Shown: piece after piece, positions 10,242 to 20,624 of the stretch | How the letters are laid out: each line of letters begins with the position of its first letter | Position numbering within the stretch: position 1 is the stretch's first letter | DNA from: Hyaloraphidium curvatum SAG 235-1 | Taxonomy: Eukaryota > Fungi > Monoblepharomycota | Direction of reading: 5' to 3' | Assembly: GCA_025558095.1 (NCBI GenBank) | Contig: JAIVFI010000020.1 | Span: 186,001-250,000 of the forward strand | DNA length: 64,000 bases | Made by a program: the position numbers and the translations under genes | The notes under the pieces: model-generated | Told to the model about the DNA's origin: nothing | Seen by the model: only the letters and a program-made list of their open reading frames with translations | Databases searched by the model: none

Positions 10242-12001
10242 CTAGTCGTCCCCGTGCACCCCGTTCGCCTTGCCTCCCCGGATGGTGCTCGACTGCAGCA
10301 TCGGGCTCGTCCCCCCGCTTGTCTCGCTCTCAAAGTCGGGCTTGGGCGAAATGTGCCCCGAGTTCCACAGCTCCGTCCTCTTTCCCGGCGTCGCCGGCCG
10401 CCCTTCCTCGGCCGCGACCGCCTGCGCCTCCTCGACCTCGAGCTTGGCCTCGCCCCGCGCCACGTCGCCCTTGGCGCCCTGGTACATCCACAGCCCGAAA
10501 AAGGTGGTGCAGATGCCCACGGCCTGCATCCAGGTCACCGAGTCCTGGAACCAGACCATAGCCGCGACGATGACAAAGATGCGCTTGACCAGCGAGGCGA
10601 CCGAGTAGGTCACGGGCGAGACGAGCGAGAGGAGGTTGAAGGCGAGGATGTTCTGCAGGAAGTAGCTCGCCCCGTTGAGGAGAAAGAGCCCCGAGACGTA
10701 GAGCCCGGGGAAGTACCAGCCCTTGACCGGTGCGTCGTCCTCGGGGGCGGCGCCGCGCGCCGGCAGGAGGCGGGGGGCGGGCGACGAAAGCACGCCGTCC
10801 GAGTAGATCCACAGGGGGATCATGAGGATGAAGGCCGTCGTGGCCGAGTAGAAGAGCAGGTTCAGCTTGTCCAGCTTGGCGGGGTTCGTCTTCGAGTGCC
10901 CGCCGTGCCAGTGCGACCCCACCGTCTGCGCCGCCCGCGCCGCCGAGAAGAGCTTCTTGGAGAAGATGTTCTGCACGACGAATATCAAGCAGGAACCGAG
11001 CGCGGCGAAGAATCCGATGTGGTGGAAGACGACTTTGTTGGTGCACACGAGCATGACGCCGACCGTGACCATAAAGATCGAGGAATAGACGCGCTGGGAG
11101 TAGGGCACGCCGAAGACGACGCGGTAGATGATGACGGTGAAGAGAGGGGAAAGTGCCTGGGAGAAAGGAGGCGAACAGTTAGCCTCAAGACGCTTCACCA
11201 GAGCGACAAGTTGGCCGGCATCCTCAAAGCTGCCCGGCAACCCCAGACCGCCAACCGGTCAACGAATCCCACTCGCAGTGTTTTCCCCAATTCGAGCGCA
11301 GTGCCAACTCTCGCCAACCGAGAAACGATGCCCACCTTGATCGTGTGCGCAAAGCTCACGGGCACGTACATGATTGCCACGCTTGACATGACGTGCCCCA
11401 CGATCTGGAACAAGCTCAGCGGTGCCGTGGTCATTATGATTTCACGGGTTGGCGCGCGGATGCGGGTGAATCCCAGGCCGTGTCCAAAGACGGCCGTGAA
11501 GAGGCCCGTCAGCAGGAACTGCACGATGGTCAGGGTCACGGGGAAAGAGTAGTGGTTCAGGATGGATTTCCCGATGTTGTTCGTCAGGGCCGACGTCGAG
11601 TACCAGAGGAAGCACAGGCCGACGAACTTGGCGGTGTCGCCGTTGAACAGGGCCGGCAGCTGCACGCTGAGCTGCGACGTCGACAGCGGCGCGGGGAACG
11701 AGTCGAACACCCTGCCCCCGGCCTCGCCCTTTGCCGGCTGCGGCACGGCGCCCTGCATGCCGTGCGGCACGCCGACATTGACGACGTTCTGGGTCAGGTT
11801 GATGGAGATTGACACGAGCCCGGGTGACTGCGCCTCCTTCTTGCCGGGCGACGGCGCGGGGTCGATGTACGGGTACGGCGGCGGCGGCTCGTCCGAGTCG
11901 GCCATTGCGAGCGAGATGGAGCCGCGCGGGCGGGCGTGGGCGGCGCGGCCGAGGCCGGCGCCCGCGGGGAGCGGCAGCGAGGCGCGGCCGTGGCTCGGCA
12001 T
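10242..12001 (-). CDS. Triose-phosphate transporter family / SLY41-like nucleotide-sugar transporter (SLC35E type)
   Basis: CFLWYSTSALTNNIGK, FPVTLTIVQF, VPVSFAHTIK|ALSPLFTV (intron 11157-11335), QNIFSKK, LDKLNLL and SPVTYSVASLVKRIFVI. Confidence 0.88.
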
Positions 12002-12221
12002 TACGCTTCCGAGGCACCGGGCCGCGGACCGTGCGGACGCCGCGCTGCGTCCGGCTGCCGCGGACGGGCGGGCATGGGCCGCTGGAGGGCCGGGGGAATC
12101 GGGTAACAGAGAGAAGACCGGGCCCCAACGCGGGCTGGGGTGGGCGGTGTCGGCGGTATGCCCTCACGAGTCATCGCCGCACAGGCCAGGCCAGCCAGAG
12201 CCACAGCATGTTCCAATCAAA

Positions 12222-13300
12222 CTACAGGAGCGGCGGCTTCTCGACTCCGTACTGCCGCGGATGCGGGTCCGCCGCTCGCTTTCGCGCCCACTCCGCGATC
12301 TGCGCCAGCGCCTGGTCCAGCTGCTGCCGCGACACCTTATCCATGGCCTCCTGGCCCTCCTCGCTCTGCGACAGGACGTCCTTGTAGGTGTACCGCGGCA
12401 CGTGGTCCTTCGAGGCGTCGACCTTCGGGCTCACAAAGGGCGTGAGCTGGGTGTCCCCATGGAAAAGCGATCGGGTCACAAGAAGGAAGCGGGAAGCAGC
12501 TGAGCTGCCCACCTTGAAGTTGCTCAGGTCCGGCACAACGTAATCCCGTACTTTCCACGGGTCGATGATGTAGCGGCCGCCTGTTGGAACGGGGAAGGGG
12601 GAACGGCAATCAGCACCCTTCTCGTTACGCCCCTGGGAAACAATCCCCTTCCTCGCCCGATCCAAATGCCGTCCAGAAAGGCAACAGTCGCCAGAAAATG
12701 CCCAAAGTCCGGCAATGAGAGCCGCTACCACGACGATGGAGCACCTCCGGTCGAAACGCCATGGGGCCCTTCCCTGAGCCCGTTGCGGGCCCCATTTCCG
12801 CCATCTGACGCCCTCATGCGTGTCTTTCACGACAACCCGAAGCGCAGATAGGCGCCATCGACACGGCGGGTTCCCATCGCGGCGTCGTGAGGCCATCCCC
12901 AACGCCGCCAGACAAACGCGTCCTGGCCGGCCCATCGCCCTTCCACGGCCAGTTTGCCGCTTCCCCGCGAATCGCTTCCATCCATTTCCCCTTTCTGACG
13001 CTTTTGCGGCCCCAGACCGCGGTCCCCGCCGGCCGCGACACCCACTCGCATCGTAGTGCCCCATCGCCCCGCTCCGCGTCCCCTTGTAGAAGTTCTTGTT
13101 CCCCTTCTTCCCCGTCCATCGGATTCGTTTGTTGGCGCCCCAGCGGACCTGCTGCCGCGCGTGCGGCGGCGTGGAGAGGGCGAAGGGGTGCGGCGCGCCG
13201 AGGGCGGAGGGCATCGCGGAGGGCGCGGCGGCGGAGGGGACGAGGGCGGGGAGGAGGGAGGCGGGTCGGGAGGGGAGGCAGCGTACGCAGAAGGGCAGCA
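12222..13300 (-). CDS. MRPL27: Mitochondrial large ribosomal subunit protein mL41 (yeast MRPL27 family), spliced
   Basis: KKGNKNFYKGTRSGAMG, GRYIIDPWKVRDYVVPDLSNFK and LTPFVS motifs; mitochondrial-type N-terminus. Introns of about 470 nt (~12583-13048) and about 60 nt (~12450-12510). Start position uncertain. Confidence 0.82.
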
Positions 13301-13522
13301 TCGTGGAGAAATCCGCTCGATGCCGCCTGGAGAGGGGACTACAGAGGTCTGTTGCTGACAGAGGGCGCAGCAAGCTTTACACTTCACACCACTTCGCCGG
13401 TTTCGCCTGAAGAGGCGCAATGGAGTCATCTGCATGTCGAGTAGTCAAGATCGATGCTATTTGTACGATTCGCCTATGTTTCTCCTCCAGAAGATCGCTC
13501 CCAGAAAAGAGTCACGCCCTCC

Positions 13523-14509
13523 TCACATCCTTCCCGGCAGCTCCGAGTACAGCTGCACCTTGATCGCCCCCGTGGTCTTGTCCGCGGCGACCTCGAAGGC
13601 CTTGGGCCCCTCGTGGATCGGGAACCGGTGGGTGACGACCGCGTCGTAGATGGCTGGCTTGCGCTTGAGCAGCTCGGCCGCCTCCACGAACTCGTCCATG
13701 TCCCGGTTGTAGTTGTGCGCAATGCTCGGTATAAATTTGATCTCCCGGACCATGATCATCGCGTTCACGGTGATCGGAATGGCCATGTCGCCCAGCTCGA
13801 CGAGGCTGCCGCCCGGCCGGGTCGCGCGGATGCAAGCGTCGAACACCTCCTGCGAGCCCCCGATGCAGTCGAACGAGACGTCCGCCGCGTTCTTGCCGGC
13901 CTCCTTGACGGGCTCCGCACCGAGCTTGCGCGCCGCGGCCTCCTGGTGGGGGTACTTTGCGACGATCTTCGTCTTGTGACCGCGGTCGACGAGTGCGGCG
14001 GCGCAGAGGAGCCCGATGCTTCCGGCCCCGTAAACGAGCGCTTCGTCCCCCGGCTTCATCGCGGCGAGGTTGATCCCGTGTATCACAACCGACACCGGTT
14101 CGACCAGGCCGACGAAGCGGGGGTCAAAGCCCGCCGGCATGGGGACAAGCCGGTCCTCCGGCACCTTGACCGCTTCCGCCATCCCGCCGGGCAGAGCGAA
14201 GCCGACGACGTCCACGCCCGCGGTGCGACACAGGTGCCTGCGGCCCTTCTTGCACTGCGAGCATTCGCCACAGGAACCGGGGGGCCGGACAGCAACGAGG
14301 CGGCCGGAAGGGTCATAGCCGCCAAACTCGTGTCCGAAGATGCGGCCTTCGAGTTTCTCCTGGCCCTTCGCAGCTCGCTGAAGCGCGTGCAGATCCGAGC
14401 CGCAGATCCCGGCGGCCGTGGGCCTGATGACCACGCCGCGGCCGGGCGGCTCCGACAGCGGTTCGACAACGAGAGTTCCCCGGCGGAACACGACTGCGCG
14501 GGTCGACAT
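13523..14509 (-). CDS. Zinc-dependent medium-chain alcohol dehydrogenase (sorbitol/threonine dehydrogenase-like), intronless
   Basis: GICGSDLH, GHEF, structural Zn CGECSQC...HLC, EPVSV and Rossmann YGAGSIG. Confidence 0.9.
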   Translation of the reverse strand: MSTRAVVFRRGTLVVEPLSEPPGRGVVIRPTAAGICGSDLHALQRAAKGQEKLEGRIFGHEFGGYDPSGRLVAVRPPGSCGECSQCKKGRRHLCRTAGVDVVGFALPGGMAEAVKVPEDRLVPMPAGFDPRFVGLVEPVSVVIHGINLAAMKPGDEALVYGAGSIGLLCAAALVDRGHKTKIVAKYPHQEAAARKLGAEPVKEAGKNAADVSFDCIGGSQEVFDACIRATRPGGSLVELGDMAIPITVNAMIMVREIKFIPSIAHNYNRDMDEFVEAAELLKRKPAIYDAVVTHRFPIHEGPKAFEVAADKTTGAIKVQLYSELPGRM

Positions 14510-15150
14510 TGCGTAGTGCTTCTCCTGCGAGTCTCTCGTATTGGAGAAACCGACAAGACGTGCGTGCCTCCTCGTTGGGCACTGCCTTACAGCTGGATGA
14601 AGGTGAGGTGGCGATGGGAGGCAGTCGGCGCGCGCGGTGCGCAGCGTCTCCCGACCCTGACGACGAAGCAAGAATCTCCAGAACGACCAATGCGTTGCGA
14701 ACAATAGAAAAGGAATTGAAGTCATTCTGGCTGCGGTTCCTTCGATGGGCTTCGTTGCTCGGGTGATTGAGGCTTTCGCAATCTGCTCTAGCCTCTGCGC
14801 TTCTCCCACCGGTTGTCTGTTCGATCTGGACTCCTGCGGAGTTTTTCAATCCTCCTTAATTCAACGCATTCGTGGAAGGGAAGGTCGAATCCCGCTGCGA
14901 ATCATCTTGCTTTCTCTTCTCGGGCGGGGTCCGGGCACGAAAGTGATGCTTTCCACGCGTCCATCCCGCTCGCTGATGGCCAAAATGATCCAATCAGAGG
15001 TTTATCGATCGCCGCTGACCTGTAGAATGACCTCGATCTGCGTTTCCCATCTTGGCCATGGGTGTGGGAAGTTCGTGGGTCCTGGTCTAGCGTGCGGAGT
15101 GGGACCCGCCGCGCTGCCGCACCTGTGACTTCGCGGTCTCGCAGCTCGCC

Positions 15151-17862
15151 ATGGCGGGCCACCGCGTCGTGCCGCTGGGCGGCACGCTCGTGGTGGTGCT
15201 TGCCCTCGTGATCCTCGCGGTCTCGCCACCGTGGGTGGGTTCCCGGCTGCCCGCCTGGCGCGCCGTGTCATTGGGCCCCGTCGGCGCGAACGCTCTCTCG
15301 GTGCCGCCTCTCGCCGCCGGATCGAGGCTGGGGAAACGCCAGGATGATGACGATGACGACGACGATGAGGAGGAGGACGGAGATGACCAGGACGACGACG
15401 TGAGTCGCCGTGCCTTCCACCTCGCATGGGCGACATCTAACTCGGGCTTCCGCGCCTCGATGGCTCGCCCCACCGTCCCAACAGGACGACTACCGAGCGC
15501 GCCGCCTCCAGAGGCGCATCTTCGGGAAGAAGAAGAGCACGACGGGCACGACCGGGACGGGCAAGACCGCCGACGTCGGCTGCAAGCCGAAGGGCCTGCT
15601 CTCCAAGAAGCTCCCCAACCCCCTGCCGGCCGGATGTACCCCCGACAAGCTTGCGGCGTACTGCAAGACCAAGAACGGCGAGACCGACCCCGCCTGTGCC
15701 TCGATCCTGGGCTGCATCCCGAAGGGCTTGATTTCGAAGAAGCTTCCGAACCCGCTTCCGGCGACCTGTACGCCTGACAAACTAAAGGCGTACTGCGCAA
15801 AACCGAAGAGCAAGAAGGACCCTGCCTGCGCCACTGGTTGCACGCCCCAGGGCTTGCTCAAGAAGAAGCTGCCGAACCCGCTGCCCAAGACGTGCACTCC
15901 TGACCTGCTCGAGAAGTATTGCGCCGGAAAGAACGGCCCGGGCGACCCTGCTTGTGCGAAGATCATCGGCTGCGTGCCCAAGGGCCTCCTCAAGAAGAAG
16001 CTCCCCAACCCGTTGCCGCCGGAATGTACTGAGGAGAAACTCGCCAAATATTGCGCGGTTGCCAAGAACAAGAAGAACGATCCGGCCTGTTTCACCGGCT
16101 GCACGCCGACCGGCACGCTGAAGAAGAAGCTGCCGAAGCCGCTGCCCAAGACGTGCACGCCGGACTTGCTGCAAAAGTATTGTGAAACGGACAAGAATGG
16201 CCCCGGGGACCCCGCGTGTGCCGAGATCATTGGTTGCGTGCCCAAGGGCCTTCTCAAGAAGAAGCTACCGAACCCACTACCTCCCAGCTGCACGCCGGCG
16301 AAGCTGGAAAAGTACTGTTCGAACGCGAAGAACAAGAAGAACGACCCTGCGTGCGCTACTGGTTGCACCCCCACGGGCTTGCTTAAGAAGAAGCTGCCGA
16401 AGCCTCTGCCCAAGACGTGCACCCCTGAGCTGTTGGCGGAGTACTGCAAGACCAAGAACGGCCCTGGGGACCCCGCATGCGCCGATCTCCTTGGTTGCGT
16501 CCCGAAGGGGTTGCTCAAGAAGAAGCTCCCGAAACCGCTCCCACCAAGCTGCACCCCCGAGAAGCTCGCGCAGTATTGCGAGAATCCGAAGAACAAGAAG
16601 AACGACCCGGCCTGCTTCACGGGCTGCACGCCGACCGGCACACTGAAGAAGAAGCTGCCGACCCCGCTCCCTGAATCATGCACGCCTGCTTTGTTGGAGG
16701 AGTACTGTAAGACCAAGAACGGTCCCGGCGACCCGGCGTGCAAGGAGATCCTCGGTTGCGTGCCCAAGGGCCTCCTGACGAAGAAGCTCCCCAACCCCCT
16801 GCCGCCCGAGTGTACTGCCGAAAAACTGGCCCTCTATTGTGCAACACCGAACGGGGCGAAGGATCCGGCATGCGGGAATGCGGACAATTGCGTCCCGGAA
16901 GAGAATCCGGTGGGTGATCGCGACAAGTGACGCTCGCAAACTACAGCCTAATCCCTACCTTCTACCCTCGTCTGTGCAGGAAACGGGCGTCATGCAACTT
17001 CCCCTGACGCTTCCTGTCGAGTGTGACAAAGCATCCCTCGGCGCTTACTGCCGCACGATCGACAAGAGTGTATGTGGGCCAGGGCCAGAAGGTCAGACGT
17101 TTCTCACCGGCATCCCTCCCAGACCGAGCCCAAGTGTGCAAGCGGTCTCACCAAGGTCGTCGGCAAGGTCAAGAACGCCTACGCGGCAGCCAACGCGCAG
17201 ATCGCGGAGCTCGGGGTCATGATCGGGCTAGAGTCGTACACGGCCGTCCAGTTTGCGATCGATTTCGGACCGATCCCTGCTCAGGCGAAGGGCGACACGG
17301 CTCTGATGGGTCGGCTCGTGGGTTTATAGTGCCCTCTGGGTGCCTCACTCCGATGCTAAACGTCTCGCGACACAGGCCGTGGCCAAGCTCAAGCAGATTG
17401 CGCAGAGCTCCGAACAACTTTCGAGCGCTAGTACGTCATTGGCAACGGCTATCGCGACGTGGACTCAACGCCCTTGCAGTTGCCATGGTCAAGAGCATCC
17501 TTGGTCTCCCTGCAGGAGGCCTCGACGGCGAGGAGGAAGTCCCGCCTGATGAGACCCCGCCCGAGGATGAAACCCCGCCCGAGGATGAAACCCCGCCCGA
17601 GGATGAAACCCCGCCCGAGGATGAAACCCCGCCCGAAGATGAAACCCCGGCCGGCGATGAAACCCCGCCGCCGGAAGATGATGATCAGCCTCCTCCAGGC
17701 GAAGAGTCGGATGAGGAGCCGCCCGCGGACGAGGAGCCTACTGATGAGGAGCCGCCCGCGGACGAGGAGCCTACGGAGGAGGAGCCGCCCGCGGACGAGG
17801 ACACACCACCTGAAGACGAGGAAGGGGGAGGCGACGAAGAGCCCGCTGAGGAGGAGCGCTAA
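15151..17862 (+). CDS. Secreted prepro-protein with ten cationic 4-Cys/Pro/Lys repeats and an acidic PPEDET-repeat tail, multi-exon
   Basis: Exon 1 (15151-15399) encodes a signal peptide plus GKR-Q-poly-Asp/Glu. Intron 15400-15484 (GTGAGT..CAG) joins in frame to DDYRARRLQRR-IFGKKK and repeats GCxPxGLLKKKLPxPLPxxCTPxxLxxYCxxKNxxxDPAC. Further short introns lead to the acidic ORF ending at 17862. Confidence 0.75.
17545..17680 (+). repeat. 18-bp coding tandem repeat (GAGGATGAAACCCCGCCC, PPEDET)
   Basis: About six near-identical units in frame in the acidic tail. Confidence 0.85.
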
Positions 17863-18089
17863 CGGTCCACTTGCCGAACATTTGTAAAGGTACATGGGAA
17901 CACACCTGTTTGGATCTACACGAAGTACCTATTTCGATCCCCATTTGTCTCCCACTTTGCTCAGACCGATTGCCAAAACAGTTCCTCGCGGGGCCTCAGG
18001 ATCACGATTTCGGCCTCCGGAGACCCAAGTAACGCGCTCTTGCGTCCTCCGCGCGGCGTAGTTCACCTATTCGATCCCCAGCAGGATCT

Positions 18090-18390
18090 TCAGAGCAGTG
18101 TTTTCGTTCTCTGCAAGGACCATTTGATCCCCTTGCGGACCGCAAGGGGCCACCCGAAAGCGGCGGCCTGGTAGGCGAAGTTTCGGGCAAGCATGAACAG
18201 CTTCTCGCGAGCATGATCCGTGCAGTCGACCACCAGCTCCGCGGCAAACAAGAGCAAATCAACGACGTAAGAGCATGCGGCTAGCAGGCATGATACGGGA
18301 CAGGGTGCGGAAACAGCCGCGAGTCGTGAGGACCGCAGAGATCTCCTCGATGAGCTCAGTCGGCAACACTGTGGCCTTTGCCGACATAGA
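18090..18390 (-). pseudogene. F-box-like gene fragment with frameshift
   Basis: MSAKATVLPTELIEEISAVL...TLSRIMPASRML stops after RR. An adjacent frame continues YVVDLLLFAAELVV... and soon ends. Confidence 0.4.
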
Positions 18391-18689
18391 GGCCAAGATC
18401 AACAGCGTAAAGGCAAATAGTGATCCCCAGGAATCCAGCAAACGTGCTTCTCGTCCGGGTTCATGTGGCAACGCAGCGCGCAACCGTCACTGTCCGGACC
18501 CAAGGGGTGGGCACTCCCAAAACATCAACATGTTCCGGACGTCCACCACACACACAAAAAGAGCTCATTTCTTCTGAAACTGCGCAGAATGCTGCGTTTG
18601 TATAGTAGCAATTTGATCTGGGGGGCAGTGGTTTGATGCCTCTGCGGGCGGCGACGATATAGGGCGAAAAGCTGGCGTGACCCGCTTCT

Positions 18690-18990
18690 ACCCGAAAACG
18701 TGCAAGACTGAGGACTGGAGCCGGACTGGAGCCGGATTGGGCCGGACTGAGGGACCAGCGACCTCAAGTAACATCAGCGTATGCCTCACGCGGGATGGTT
18801 GGTAAGTGAATCGTAGTGTACGGCGCGCTTGAATCGAAGAGATCTGGTGCAGTAAAGGTGATCTGATTGAGTGCCACCGAGTTTAGCACCGACCAGATGC
18901 TCACGATTGGCCCTCGTCCGTTCGGGACTGCAGACTGACAGTTGTTTTTTTGGTCGGACTGAGGACTGGATCGGACCGAAAACATGCAGA
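18690..18990. repeat. Cluster of GGACTG/GGACCG short repeats, possible relic of DNA-transposon subterminal repeats
   Basis: GACTGAGGACTGGAGCCGGACTGGAGCCGGATTGGGCCGGACTGAGG at ~18706-18752. GGACTGAGGACTGGATCGGACCGAAAACATGCA at ~18956-18988. CCGAAAAC(G/A)TGCA occurs in both blocks. Confidence 0.5.
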
Positions 18991-19240
18991 CGGGCGAGTC
19001 ACGCTAGGACTTTAGACCTAAAGCTCCCCCGCTTCGCGTGATCGGCAAAAGCCAGCCCACCAATCGTACTATTTTGTAGCTCAGTCACATTCTGGGAGAT
19101 TTTCTGGAGTTTTTGACGCGATTTGGGTGTGTGGTGAGCGCCGGGAGCGGGTTGATGTTTTGGGAGTACCCACCTCTTGGTCCGGACCGCTGGCACAAGG
19201 ACCTTCCGATTCACGAAACCCCGCCGCAATCACCCCGGCA

Positions 19241-20520
19241 ATGGCGTCTCGCTCATCTCATCGCTGCACCCATGCCGCCCCGAACCTGCACACGATCCCG
19301 GGCGAGCTTGTCGAGCGCTTCTTTAAACTGGTGTCGTTGCGGGACCCGCCCGCGTAACCCTGGGCACTGGGTGCCGACCCCGGACCGCACGCTCCTGTAC
19401 GACGTGGACGCCCGTGACAACCTTGTCGCGGTTAAAGGAACCCCTCTGCGGACCCGGCGCCGCCCCGACCCCGGCCTGTGCCTCGTTCACCCCCGGCTCC
19501 TCCCAGTCGCCGCGCGCGTCTTGTACCGGGAGGCCAGCCTGCGCACGTGCAAGATTGCCGCCGGTCTAGAAGCCGCGGTATGCCGCTCGCCCCGCGCCGG
19601 GCACAGGCTCTACTCCTCCTCGTCAGGAAGCTCGAGGTCTGGACGGTGGACAGCAAGGGCTACGATGCCGCAACGGAAACGTGGAAAGTCGAATCCGCCG
19701 ACGCGGTGCGGATGTCTCTTCACGCCCACGCTATCCTCTTCGCCTGTGCCGCGCGAGAGGTGCAGGTCTATGCCGGGCATTTTCGCGGGCTTTGCCGGAC
19801 GCCAATTCCGCAGCCTCGCTTCCGAGGGCATGTGGGACGCCCTCCGCTCGTGTGCATCGATCCGCTCCCTGCGGCTGTGCGGGGTGGAGCTGGATGCGCC
19901 GGCGCTGGAGATGCTGGCGGGGATGAAGAACCTCGAGGCGCTCTCCCTGTTCAACTGCGGCTTCTCCCTTTTCGCTCCCTACCAAAAGCCGCCCAAGGCC
20001 TCGCAATCATCTCGATCGGACATACTCCACATGCCGACGAAGCCTTGGCCCTCCTCGCCTGGCTCTCCTCGCCCCGCATCCGCTCGCTCGAGATGGACTG
20101 CGGCACCTTTGCCCTTCCCGGATCCGGCTCCCTGCGTGACCTCGCGGCCTCGTTCCCGGGCCTGCGCACGTTGACTCTCCGCGCGGGGATCGGCTTCGAG
20201 ATCTTCGGAATTCCGGGCATCAGGGCATGCGAAGTGCTCCGCATCATCGAGGGGTTTGCTGGCGGGGTGATCACGTCGGTGGAGGTGGATCGCACGGCTA
20301 CGACCGCGTCCCCGGCGAACGCTCAGGTGCTGTTCGAGATCGGGCAAGCCCTGCTGTCCCTGGATTGACTCCGGGAATGCTCGGTCGGGGTAAGGATGCC
20401 CGGGGTGCGCGGGGCGGAGGAGGCGAAGGCCACGGAGGCGGCTGTCGTTGCCTTGGTGAAAGTGCTAAAGAGCCGTCTCGGCACCGAGGCGAGGATCACG
20501 CTGACGACGGACTCGTGAGC
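19241..20520 (+). pseudogene. F-box/LRR-like gene broken by several frameshifts
   Basis: F-box-like LHTIPGELVERFF, then LCLVHPRLLPVAARVLYR, VRKLEV, SIRSLRL, MKNLEALSLFNC, PRIRSLEM and FPGLRTLTL alternate between three frames with no credible introns. Confidence 0.6.
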
Positions 20521-20624
20521 GCAATGCCAAGGAATAGAAATGAGACCGTACGATGCAGATTGACAAAATCGACATACGAAAGCAGAAATGCCCACCGACG
20601 CCCCTCACCCCATCCACGCCCGAC

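Noticed and set aside
15490-16794. 434-aa minus-strand repeat ORF
   Set aside because: Antisense shadow of the Cys/Lys repeat gene.
17545-17800. Regular 18-bp and ~33-bp repeats resembling a CRISPR array
   Set aside because: No unique spacers; the units are in-frame codons for PPEDET/EEPPAD and no cas genes are present.
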